64,000 bases of DNA from Crassostrea angulata (taxonomy: Eukaryota): contig NC_069116.1 of the NCBI RefSeq assembly GCF_025612915.1, positions 6,090,123-6,154,122 on the forward strand. The letters run 5' to 3'. Shown here in pieces: positions 50,129 through 63,200 of the stretch. The translations under genes were made by a program, and so were the position numbers. Below the pieces are notes generated by a model that was not told where the DNA came from, did no database searches, and saw only the letters and a program-made list of their open reading frames with translations. The stretch's first letter is position 1. The number at the start of each line of letters is the position of its first letter.

Positions 50129-53100
50129 ATTGAAGATAAAACTACAAAACCAGAAAGTCAAAATGATACTGTAGATCTAGATTGTGAGGAATCAGAAAAC
50201 CTAGTGATTGATATCCAAGAGAATAGTTATGAATCAAATGTAGAAAATAGTGTAGGAAAAAAGAATGTCGATCTAAGTTCTGCAGAGGCAAAGGAAGAAA
50301 AATATAATCAATTAGGGAAATTGATAGAGGAATCTAAGGAACAAAAATTGCCTGAAGCTGTAGATATACAGGAGAATACTGATTCTATACATGGAGAAAA
50401 TCTTGTTCGGAATTCTAATGATGTCAATACTGATGCTGTTAAGCAGAAAGAACCTGAGCGAAGGGATAACCAAAGTGTTTTTGAGGATGGTGTTGAAGAA
50501 ATACAAACTCTATTACAAGAATTTGTGAATTCATCAAGTAAACCTGTAGTCATATCAGACAATAGCAAGGCATCATTGGCTGGAACTGAATCACAGATAG
50601 ATTCATCACAAAAAGGATCAACAACGGAAGCAGCCTGGTCTACAGTTGGATTAGATAGATGTTCTTATTGTCTGTTCACAACTGATCAGAAGGAATTGCT
50701 TGAAACCCATATGTCATCTTGCTCAAGAAAAAATACCAAAAAAGAAGAAATTTTCCTGGTGTATTCAAGTAACAACAAATATGGATGCAAAAATTGTCTT
50801 TTCATGTCAGCTCAAAAAAAGAAATTCGAAGAGCATGTTGCCTTTCATATTCTTTCAGACCCTTACATTTGTCTCACTTGTATGGTCACATATGATTCAA
50901 AGAAGGAAATAGAAAAACATGTTAAACAAGTACATTCCAACAAAGTGGTGAAGTGTGGCTTAAGAGGATCAAAGAAAATTAACAAAATTATTGAAGAGCT
51001 GCATAGTAAAAAGGAAGTAACCTTTATTGGAAGAAAGGTTGAAAAGAAAGCATTGTTGCCCATGATTGATCAGAAGGAAAAACCTGCTCAAAACTTTTCC
51101 ATTACAACAGTAGGATCTGAAGGGTCATTACCAGTTACTGTTGAAGCATATAATTCCAAAATTGCAAAGAACAGACAGTTTAAATTTGGACAGGATAATG
51201 GATCTCAGATAACCACTAAGCCCAACACAACTACCATTTTATCAGTTCCAAGTATTCCTAAATTTACACAGAGTGTAAGTTCAATTCAACCAAAAACATT
51301 TTCAGCACGTGCAAATGCTCCTATATTTTCACTTGCAGGATCAGTTTCCAGTTCAAGCATGCCAGTAATAGCGTCTTCAGTCCACCAAGCAGTTCTTGCT
51401 CAGCCACTAACATTTCCTGGACAAGCAGCTGTCCAAGGTCCAGTCCTATGTACTGTTAGTAGTCAGTCACAGCCAATGATTCTTGTTCCAGTTCAGCAAA
51501 TTCAAACAAGGGGCGTCCTTGCTGGACCATTTCAGATAAAAGCAGGACAAGCAGGGTCCCAAATTTTGCCAGTCTCAAAGTCGCAGTTTGTTAATATCAG
51601 CCCAGCACCCCCAAAACCAATTTCTGCAACTGCAGGCACCCAAGCTCAAAGAGTAATTGTTGTTAATACTGGAAGTTCATTAACAACAAGTACTGCCCAA
51701 ATCAATAGCAATAACCAATTAAGCCAAACCAGGAATACCATTCCAACAACCGTTAACATGATTGGCATGCAACCTGTCAGTTTAAAATTGAAGCAGCAAG
51801 TGGATTCTTCAGCTGGGGATGCTAATGGAAAATCTGCTATTATAAAACTTACAGTTAACCATGGTGAGAGTGCAACAAAACCTGAAAATCAGCTGATCTT
51901 CAAAAAAACTGGATCTGTATATTTTTGTCATACATGCAGTTACAAATCAGATTTTGAGGAAAACTTTGTAAAGCACATATGGGAGCATATGCACATAAAA
52001 AATATGTGTGCAGTTCAAGAACATCAAATATACAAGCAAAACGTGCAATGCAATATTGTTACAAAAATAATGGATAATTTAAAATGTGCAGCTGCTGAGG
52101 CCGAGAAAAAACAGAAAACACCATTAGAATCCAAAAATACCATACCAGAGCAGATTGTCCTCAGTTCTGATGAAGAGGAAGATGTTTCAAAGCAACAGCC
52201 AGCTTCAGCAAGTAATGAAGAATTGGATTTGAATGCCAGTGCAAATGATCTTCAAATTAGAATAACAAGTACATTCAGTTTGAGAGAATCTGATAATTTT
52301 TCAGACTTTACAGCTACAGAAACAAAGGATACAAATGAGAGTGCAAAATACATTGATGATATGAATCCTGTAATTGAAGGAAAAGAAAATGAAATGATTC
52401 CAGAGAAAGAAATGTTTAGGGAGCTATCGCCTGATAGAGAGAGCAATGTAGGAGAAGTAGAAGAAATTAATGATTTGGTAGCAGAAAATAAAAAAGGCAC
52501 TGAATCTGAAATTGCAGGCAATATTGCATCTAGTGAGGATAGCAACAGTAGATTTGAAAAATATCCACAATCTGTTTCTGAAAATACTGAATTGGACCTT
52601 AATTTCTCTGAGGGATCCACTTCTTCAAATTTGAGAGAAAACAGTGATTCATCAAATAAAATAGATGAACAGAGTGATTCATCTAATGGAAAAGATAAAG
52701 AATCACCAAAGACTGAAGAAAACAAAGGAATTTCTTTGAAATTTTACCAGTGTGGATTTGAGAGCTGTGGATTTGCAGTGTCCACTTCAACTGAATTTAG
52801 GGAGCATATTTCTCATATACATTCAGGAGCAAAAGAATTCAAATGTGCACATTGTGGTCATAAAAGCTTCACGGAAGAATGCCATTTTCGACACATATCT
52901 TGCCATGCAAAAAACCAATCAGGATTGTTGTTTAAATGTGCAGACGGTTGCAAATTTGCGTCAAATATCTTGAAACATTTTAATGAACACTTGGAAACGG
53001 TACATCCAGCGTTGAATTCATATAAGTGTTCCTCATGTCAAGAGGTGTTTGAAAAAATAAATGGACTTATTAACCACTGTGAAACTAACAAATTGCAATT

Positions 53101-56100
53101 TGTATTGTGTCCTTATTGTACCATGCGTGATCCAAATAGAAGGGTTATTTTGAAACATATTTCAACATCTCATCCAGGGAAACCAAGACAGATAACTGTC
53201 ACAGCACAACTTGTATGCCAAGAAAGAGAAATGAATTCATTCTTGGCCCCAAAAGCCAAAGCTGTCTCTCCTGGGCCATTATCAGAAGAGAGAAAGGGAT
53301 TACTGAATAGAGTGGATGACTTACCAGTTGAATTGGACAATATTAAAGTTGAAAAGAACGACAGTATTGAAGAGGAAAATGTAACAAATCAACAAAACGA
53401 ATCAGAATATCATTGCTCAGAAAGAGATAGTCCATATTTAGATGTCGTTTCCATTGCTGGAGACGGACAGACTAATGAAAAAACGGGTTACAAACTTGGA
53501 ATTGGAGCATTAATACGATGTAACAGGTGTTCTTATCTTGCTGGAAGTAATTTACTTTTAAAGAAACATAGAGTCCAACATGCCAGGGGGAATGACAGAA
53601 GTAGGCCTTTCTGTTGTCCTGTCTGTCCTACTTCAAGTGATTCAATTATGAAATTTGAAAAACATATCAATCTTCATGAAGGTGACCATGAAATTAAAAT
53701 GTTTATGTGTGAGCTGTGTAATTACCAAACTAATGTCTCTGACAAGATCAAATTTCATCTTCAAAAAAGTCACAAAGGATTTGACCCGAGACAAGGTTAC
53801 AGAACTAGAATGTTGAGAGTTTCGGTAACAGTGTACGCCTGTGAAATTTGCCAGAACTTGTACAAGTCTAGAAAGGAATATGTAGCACACATGTCAAAGC
53901 ATGGGGTGAAAGTGAAACCTCTTTCAATTGACAAACATCATTGTGATTGCTGTTCCTTTAGTTGTGACAATTTGGCTAGCTTGATTGAACACACAAGAAT
54001 ACATTTACTAGTTACAAATTCATCACCAGCTGATGAAGTGAAACAACAGAAAGTCAAACAATACTCTGGTCCAAAAAAACCATTTTACATTCCTCCAGGA
54101 AATGTTTTCAAAGACTTCATATCATGTAGCGAGTGTCCGTTTAAAACCAAAACAAGGCTTGACCTGTTGCGTCATATTAAAAGTCACCAACATTTGGAGC
54201 CAAAAATGAAAAAAATGCAGAAAAAAGATGCAAATCCTCAAGAAAGAACAACAAGAGAACTTGTAAAATTTCAGTTTGGAAAAAGAAAACATTCCTCTGA
54301 CAACGAAAGTAGTAAACGCAAAAGGGAGATTAATTCTGAAAGTGAAGAAGAAACTTATGATGACCATGATTTCCCAGTTCCAAAAAGAAAACAGGTGGCC
54401 ATGAAGTCTACAAGTGGAGCTAAAAGTATTAAACAGTCACATTCATACTTTCTGGGTGGTGACATTCTTCACAAAAAATTACAACCTTGCTTTACAAAGG
54501 AGGAAGATGAGCCGATGTTCCAATGTGTGATGTGTAAAGATGTGTTTGAGGACAAATATAGTCTTCACAAGCACATTTTGGACCACATGGATGTTTCTTT
54601 TTACAAGTGCAGCTATTGTGAAAATGGAGAACTTGAAATATCTTCAATGGTTTCACACATACAGAAAATGCATCGCAAACCAATAAAGCACACACGTGTT
54701 ACAATGGAAATCATAGAAGATGATATCAATAGAGCGATTCATGCATTGAAAGCGAAGCAACATTGGGGAGAACCTGACTCTTCTCTTCCGGATATAAAAC
54801 CTAATGTACTTGACCAGAAAGCTTTTTCTCCTTACGTTGAGCAGAACATCAACTCTCCTACTGTCTTGACAAATATACAAAGTTCAATCATTCTGAATCA
54901 ACCAAAATTGACATCAACTCCAGAGAAAAACAAACTACCAGAGTGTGTCATTCCTTTTGGTTCTAGCTACAAGTGCATTGTTTGCAATCAACAAGCTATC
55001 CAGTCCTACATTTTGGTCAGGCATGCCATGACACATTGTTCCTTAAAAAGGTTTGTGTGTCCATACTGTGACAAGCGGTCTCACTACAAATCTGACGTAT
55101 GCAAGCACATTCATATGAAACACAAAGGTAACAAAGTTTTTGTGGCATACGACAAAACCAATCTGGAAGTAGATGCTCAGTATATTGCCCCTCCTATTAA
55201 GGAACAAATTTTGAATGCCCCTGATAATGACTTGCAGAATAAGTCTACAATAAGAGATGACGTTGAAGAAAATGTTGATGATGTTATAGTGAAAAGGGAA
55301 CCTGAGACAGACACTCAAGTAATTGAAGGTAGTGACAAAAAAGGGAAGAAGGTAGTTGTTGGATTTAGATCAGTATACAAATGTCTTCTTTGCAAAACAA
55401 CGTTTAAAGGAAAAGGTAAAATTTATAAACACATACGGGAAACAAAATGTAAACGTCCTTTATGGCGTTGTTCTGCTTGCAAAACAAGGAAGTTTAGAAG
55501 CGACAAAGAAAAAGTAATCAAAGACCATGTTAAGGAAGTACATCAACTTGCCAAAGATGCCAAACCTGTGCTTTGTGCTATAAATGGAAAAGTTCGAAAA
55601 CATACCTATCCAATAACAGTTCTTAAGAATGCAGGAACAAATGACACAAGGAACACTACTGAATTCGGTAGTGAAGAGACAATCAAAGAAAGAGAATTGA
55701 GTGGGGCCATTGCAACGGTTTTAAAAAAGGGTGATTTATGGAAATGTTCAAACTGTCCATACTTAACGAATTCCCGAGCAAACTGCGTTCGCCATACATT
55801 CACCCATTCTATTTTTAAAAAATTCGGTTGTCCAGTTTGTTCATTTAGGGCAAAATGTAGTCGAAGTATCAAAAACCACTTGAGAAACTGTCATCCACGG
55901 GAGAGAATAAGATTTAAGATATACACAGAAGTAAATAACTCTCCCAAGAAACCTCTTGAAAGTCAGAAAGTCAAGGAGGAAAAAGTTGCCATGACGCCTG
56001 AACAGTCTGTGTCTTTCCAGTGCTTTGATTGTGGATTGGTTTCTGAAAGGAAATCAAGCATGTCTAAGCATATAAATGCTAAGTGCTGTACACCTCTGAA

Positions 56101-57252
56101 AGGTTGTTCTGAATGTGAATATATGACCATTAAAAAGGATGAAATAGCAGATCATTTAAAACAATGTCACAAATCAGCAACATCAACTGATTTGCCTTTA
56201 AGTGAAAAAATAATAACAGTTAATCCAAATGATGAACCAAAGTCACCGGTGAAGGCTGAGAAAAAGTCAAAACTATTTTCGTTGAAAGTTAAGCCACTAA
56301 TCAAATCCCCGATATCAAAACCCCTATCAAATGAAATGAAAATGTGGAGCGAGGAAAATGAAGAACAAAGTATAGACTGCCCTGAGTGCAATGAAACTTT
56401 CTTTGAGTTAAGAACATTTAGAGACCATTTTGTAAACAAACACCATGGCAAGAAGATGTTATGTGGGGAGTGCGAAGAATATGCTGCACATCTTCCTTCT
56501 CTGATATTTAGGCATGCAAGACTCTTTCACAACCAAACAAAATTGGAAGATATCAAGATCAAAGCTGTTTCACAGAAAACAATTGAAGAAAAAGGACTTG
56601 ATCAGCGTTTAGTTATTTTGTATAGATGTCCAAAATGTGGGAAAATCTCAAGAAGATGTTCGCTTAAAAAACACATTTACACCCATTACAATTACAAGCC
56701 GTATCAGTGCAACCACTGTGTTTTCAAATGCAGGATACCAAAGAATATCAAAAGCCACATTTCAAAAATTCACCCAGGTAAACCTATGACTGATTTTACG
56801 TTTCGCAAGAACCTAAAACTGGAAAAAGAAATATCAGACATTTTGGAGTCGAGCAGATATCAAACACTGTCAAGGAAATCACAGCTGAATGCATCTTTGG
56901 GAAAGAATCAAACATCTACATCTGAGAGAATCGTACCAAGCAGGAAAATGAAAAAAGAAGGACATGAATCGGATGAAGATGAGGAAGAAGAAAAGGATGA
57001 TGAAGAGGAAGAGCCAGAAGAAGAAGAAGAATCTGAGGAGGAAGATGGAGAACCTCGGGGTGATTTGAAGAATATGTTTAGTCCATGTCACAATTACAAG
57101 GTGGAATTCGACGACCGTCGACAGAAAACTATCTACAAATGCAGCATCTGTCCTTACCAAAGCACTGTGAACAAAACTATGGTTACTCACTTTTATCATC
57201 ATGTACCACATGTTTTCAAGTGTCCTTATTGTGATTTCCAAGGCTATCCTAG
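50129..57252 (+). CDS. Zinc-finger gene giant exon (7124 nt), encoding about 2375 aa with most of the C2H2 fingers
   Basis: tgctttag acceptor. Uninterrupted ORF to a GTAAGT donor at 57253. Contains a Q/S/P/V-rich low-complexity block, acidic tracts, KRKRE NLS-like motifs and more than 25 C-x2-C...H-x3-5-H fingers, many followed by H-P-G-K. Confidence 0.85.
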
Positions 57253-57342
57253 GTAAGTTTACAATATATATTGTATATTTAGAGGAAATCAATTTCATAT
57301 TTCCCGAAAACATGTAGATTTTCAAATATTTTTACTTGACAG

Positions 57343-57578
57343 ATCAAAAATTGCAAACCATATAGTGAAGCTTCATCCAGGCAAAGCTGTTCATGTTGTT
57401 GATTTAAGGCAACGTATGGGAAATTTGAAGTTTCGAAATTATGAAATTAGGACACATTCATCTAAATCCAAGCAGAAACCTAAGAAAAATATGCCTAACA
57501 TGGCAAGGGAAACACGTTGCTTAAATGAAAGTCGGGCAACAGTTTTTCGCAAAAGAAAAAGAGATCAAGAAGGAACAG
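57343..57578 (+). CDS. Zinc-finger gene exon 4
   Basis: ttgacag acceptor. Completes the finger ...CPYCDFQGYPR|SKIANHIVKLHPGKAV, then a basic KRKRDQEG segment. GTATGT donor, phase 1. Confidence 0.7.
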
Positions 57579-57671
57579 GTATGTATAAAATGTAAATTCA
57601 TAAAAACGAGATCTTGTGATATTTACCATCAAAAGTTCTATTTGATTATCATTGATACTCTTTTTTTCCAG

Positions 57672-58393
57672 AAGCATCAAAAGAATCAGGTAAACTTGTG
57701 TACAGCTGTAACTACTGTAATCACAAGGCTAATGGGCTGTATCACTATCGACAACATTTGGCAAGCCATAATGGCTTCAAACATCTTGTTCCAGGAACAC
57801 AGATAGAGTCGAGATTGAAATGCGGCTATTGCTCTTATCTTGCTGTCGATGATGATGACTTCAAATCTCACATGGAATATCATTTTGCAACACGCCCATT
57901 TTCCTGTCCGTACTGCAACTTTTCACAGTATAGGGCAAGTGGGATAACAAATCACATCAAACGCTCTCATCCAGGAAAAGCAGTTGACGTGGTTAAAGAA
58001 AGTGACAGTAGTTGTCATATCGGTCATGAATTTGATGCTAAAGCAATGATTGTGGATTTCGAACCAAACGTGAAACTTATGGACATTTTTGCAATGGATC
58101 CGGAGGACTTTGAAAAATTGTTGAATAAATGCGAGGTGTGTGTAATTGATTTAAATTACATACCAGACGAAAAGTTCGATGCAGTATCAAAAACACTTGG
58201 GTTGGAAAACGAAGAAAGAAATGTTGATGATGAACTTGAACCAAGTGCTAAAAAAGTGAAGAGAGAAAATGTATGTGAAGATAAACAACAATTAGACGAG
58301 TCTGAAGATTTGGAAACCATGATAGCTAATGGCGAACTGAAAATAGAAGAAAACCAAAAATATGATGATGTGAGTGACGATGACCTTGATTGA
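57672..58393 (+). CDS. Zinc-finger gene terminal exon (3 more fingers and an acidic C-terminal tail)
   Basis: tttttttccag acceptor. Encodes EASKESGKLVYSCNYCNHKANGLYHYRQHLASH...ITNHIKRSHPGKAV...DVSDDDLD*. Stop at 58391-58393. Confidence 0.75.
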
Positions 58394-58467
58394 TCTAGAA
58401 CTATAATGAACTTTCATAGTTGTAGTAAATTTGAGGTATCAGTTACATGGTGAGAACAGGTTGACGT

Positions 58468-58473
58468 AATAAA
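58468..58473 (+). terminator. Candidate polyadenylation signal (AATAAA) for the zinc-finger gene
   Basis: AATAAA lies about 75 nt after the stop codon. A second AATAAA occurs near 58835. Confidence 0.35.
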
Positions 58474-60283
58474 CTGCTTAAGTAAAAGGTGCCTCTAAAG
58501 CTCCAATTCATATAAATTGTGCTACGAAAATGAGCTACAGTAGGTGATTCTTTTTTATACCAGTAGATGTGTTATTGTTGACCATGGTGTCCACAAACAA
58601 CTGTTCATATTCAATATCAATTTGGTGCTGTAAACCTCAATGTAGTATTAGTAATGTTGTTTTGTTTTTTAAATAATTAGTTGTAATTGAATGTAACATT
58701 TAAATGTATGTCCATTTTTATCTTCTTCAATATATTTGATTAAACGAACTTATCTGCTGTTAAACATATTTCACAGAAAGCAATCGAAGTAATTTAGCCT
58801 AGAATGCATATAGGGTTGAAACTCATTTTAGTAAATAAAACTGCCGTTTCAATCTTCAAAAATCTCGGAATTCAAGTCAAAGTATCGATTATATGTACAA
58901 TATTTTACAAACTTTATTACATGCATATGTATCGTGCAACTGATCTTTTAATTGACAGCGATGTTGAATGTCATAAAATTGCTTGGTTCTATATTGCGTT
59001 GTGGTTTTTCCTTCGTTTATTCTAGTCTAGGTTTGTGTGCTAAATATTTTTTTTCTCCTTGCTATCCATGGTATCCAAAGTATAATTGGGGGAAAAAGAA
59101 GTCTAACATGCAATCGAATTTTGAAAATTTCGAGGGTATTCAGGTGCGAAGTCCTAGATCAGTATTCGATATAATCGTGTCAGAAGCTAATATGTTTGAA
59201 ATTTTACTGTTTTAAAAAATGTGAAGGAGTCCTCTGAATCTCCAATGAACGTCAATCCTTTCAAATCATTTCAACTCGATGTGCAATATTTTCGAGTTAA
59301 ATAGAATTAAGAATACTATTGCACATCTATTTCCTTATTTAATCTTATTCCTAATAGAGGTATTTAAAAGAAGGTACGTAATGCCCAATGTTCGTCGGTG
59401 CTTGGAATTTCTAATAACCATTTGGACAATTTTTGTCGGGCACTGAATTTTCGGATTAAGGTCTATAAGGTAAACCAATGAGTCTCTGTGAAAACATATC
59501 CCTTCGTCAAAGTCAAGTGAACAGTTAATTTTAACAGCAGAAACGTTATCAGATACCAGAAGTCGCCATTACGAAGCGGTAAAATTTGATGTTTCATTTG
59601 ACTACACAGTTCAGGTTTTTCATTATAAAAATGGAAATGTATATTTAAAATATTATATCCATTACCTTATTATCAAGCATTAGTTATACCCCCGCAAACG
59701 TTTTTGTTTGGTGGTTTTTTTTTTGGAGGGGGAGGGGGGCCTATATATGAATCACCTTGTTCGTTCGTCTTTTCGTCTGTCTGCTATTTCGTGTCAGGTC
59801 CATATCTTTTTTATCATATGTAGAAACATTAGAAGTTCTTCACACAAAGATAGCTTATGACCTGAGGATGTTCCATGATTTGCCCCAAGGTAAATTGGGC
59901 AGAGTGAAGGTCACTATTTGGAAAAGGAGGTTATTATTTCACACAGAGATTGCTTATGACCTGAGTGTGCCGTGACCTTGGCGTTTTAAAATCTTTTTTA
60001 ATTAAACTTAAACATTTCGACCCAGAAAATGTGGAAATAGGGAACCGGATAATCTTGCACATGCTTAAAAATTTGGTTGACCCTTTTCTCTAAATAATAC
60101 AAACTATTATGCTCTGCATTTTCTGATTTAGAATAAAAGGTCAAAATTGGGATTTTTAAGTTAATATTTCAATAGCAACTAAACAGATCTTCTTAATTTT
60201 TAAAAATATAATACATAAACAAAATTGAAGAATCATTGTTATTTACAAGCCAATGCCAACTGGAGGTACACGGAAATTTGCGT

Positions 60284-60299
60284 CCCCCCCCCCCCCCCC
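60284..60299. repeat. Poly-C tract (C)16
   Basis: Direct reading. A G-rich tract ggagggggagggggg lies at 59727-59742. Confidence 0.9.
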
Positions 60300-63200
60300 A
60301 CCATCCCTTATAATGAAAATCTGCTTTTAATGTCTTTCATATTTTCATTTTCTCCAAAATTGCTTTTTTAAAGAACGGGTTTAATAAATGACGTCGTATT
60401 GATGACGTCAAATGCGGAAATTTTATGTACATAGGGGTTGTAGGGATAGCGGCGATGAAAGAAAAAAATGGCGAACAATGCCTTTAACGAATTGTGTTCA
60501 GCTTAAATCAACGTTTTGTATAAATGGACCATGGACTCAAAACTGTACAGGAGGATGAGATATGTTAAAAGTGTAAATCTCCAATATGATGAAGGTTTAA
60601 GTTAACATATTTATTCTATTCCTGAAACGGTTTGGGTATACTAAGTAAGTTAAAGTTTTAGAAGATATTCAAGTATCTGCTACAAGGATTATAACAGGTC
60701 TAAGAATTCACTCACCCAGTTCTGCGTTACTAGTATATGATAAATAGGGAATTGATCAGATAGAAGAAAGGTTTACAAACTCGCTCTATCTAAAAATGGT
60801 CTAATGGTATATCTTGCCCCAGATATCTACCGGATTTAATTATACCTCAAAACAATTACTAAGACAGTATGATTTTAAATTTGTTTTATCTCAGATAAAA
60901 AAAAACTGCCTACATGAACAGTTTTTACCTTCAACCATAAAATTATGGAAATAATTATCTCTTAAAATTGAATTTCAAAAACTGTGTTTTCATTTAAAAA
61001 AAACAAACCAAGCATATCTTTATAAAGCCAAACTTTTGAAACAGAAAAGATACTATACATTGTCAGTTTATAAATAATGCAAGCAATGCTGACCTATTCA
61101 ACCATTATTTGCGTGAAAATTCCATTTGTTATATGTGTGGTTGTGTATCTAAAATGTTTATCATTATTTCTTTGTTTGTCTGCATTATGATTTTTATACA
61201 GCCAATAAGCAACTTACAATTGAATATCCCCATTCCTTTGACTTGACATATAGAGACTGAAGTTCCTCTTATAACAAAAATGTAGCTAAATTCAAGATTG
61301 TACATGATTGCATATGAGCTACTTTTTTTTAGTTTAAATATATTTTTCATAGTGCCATTCAAACAGCTGAACTGTTTAACTGCAACAGTTTATCGTTTTT
61401 GTACATAAATAATATCCGGTACCAAATTTTGATTCCATTTATTCCATTATTCCATTTATTTTTCGTTTGTTCTCACTTATATTTTGTTGTTTGCTGTTTG
61501 TCAAATTGACTGTTTAAAGCTGACATGAATTCATAAATACGCATCATTTCCCTTTTATCTCCGGCTACCGCCATATTAGTTGTCGATTTCTATTGTTCTG
61601 ATCAATGTACTATTCATGCTTCACCGCATTCAGGTATTTCATACACCCGAACACGTCACCTTGGACCAAAAGACGTGTAGAAACGCGTTTTGAACAAAAA
61701 ATATGACAACCACTGCACTGGCAAGGAATATCCAATAAATGACGAAACAAGACAGACTGAAATCCAGGCACAGATAATTAAAAAATTCTTCGATAATTGT
61801 AGACAGTTTTCCTGTGTATGTTATAACATCGCACATGCGCAAACCACACACTGTGACAGATCGAGCAATGTCAATGATCGCATGGATTTTAGAAACTGAG
61901 CGTTTTTGTTGAAACGGATGGAAACAATATTACGTTGTTACTTTCTTGGATTTATTATCATTTTGCTACTGTGTATGATGTAGTGCCGCCGGGGTTTTCA
62001 AAAAGATGGGGACGTTATGCACTCTGTATGAACGACACACGTGTTCGATGTGCATGCGAAGTAAGGCAGCTCTGTCTGTGCAAAATAATACGGATACCTT
62101 AGAAATTTTTTCAAAGAATAAATACTTTGTATTTCATTAATTGTTGTTTACTTTATTCTTTATTACAAACATTTTACCACAATGTGTTGTTCATGCATTT
62201 AGGAGTACGTGCAACCTGAATGCCTCGATCGGAAAGCAACCGACCGTAACTTTCTCAACCGGTATATACACCCCTGCGAATGTTATTGTCATTTAAATTT
62301 TAGACCACGTGTTTTTATTTGACCCTTTCAGTTTCGCAATAAAAATATTGCCTCGTGTTAATAGTCTATTTCAGAGAATCTAGGTACTTGTAGTGAAATA
62401 TAAAATCTACAGGTTTATTGATTTTAAACTTTATCTTCATTATTAGTGGAGAAAATGCATTCTAGAAGTAAATGTGAAAATACAAAAAAAATATGTTTTT
62501 CCTGCTGTTGCAACAATTAACATGCTTAGTAGAGATCCCCCCCCTAGGAGTTTATTTTCGATCCGCGCCTGATCTAGTAATAGCATCAATAGTGAAATAG
62601 ACTATACTATTTTATGCAGAATGTTGAAAATGGCTCGATAAACTAAGTTTTTATGCAAAACAGACACCCATTAATTTTTTTAAAAACATGCTAAAACACC
62701 ACAACAAGTATCAAACATGGCTATGGTTTTATTTAGCAACCCAATGTTTATATTTTCAACCACTCTACACGTGGCTGAACACGAACGATAACTCTGTTCT
62801 GAATATCATCGTTTAATTTAAATAACTGCTAGATGGTGAAATAAATCATACATCTTAAAAGATTTCCATGTTTTAATATAAATCAAAGTAGGATATGATA
62901 TGAAAAAGACCAGTGCTTACGTATTTTGAGAATATTATCCGAACACATATACTTCCGCTCAAAATTTCACAGGAACTAAACAAATCTCGGTGAAGTCTCG
63001 TGAACTTTCATTCGAGCACCTCTGGATTTATTATATACTTATCAACGAAAAAGAAAACATTCCGAACACATTCGCAGGGGTGATATATACCCAGTGGCAG
63101 TTAAGGAGCGACCCAAACTAATATAGCGACCAGATGCTTTTATGAGTTCATGTCAGCTTTAAGGAGAGGGCTCAAATAGACACACGGACGTATACTCGCT

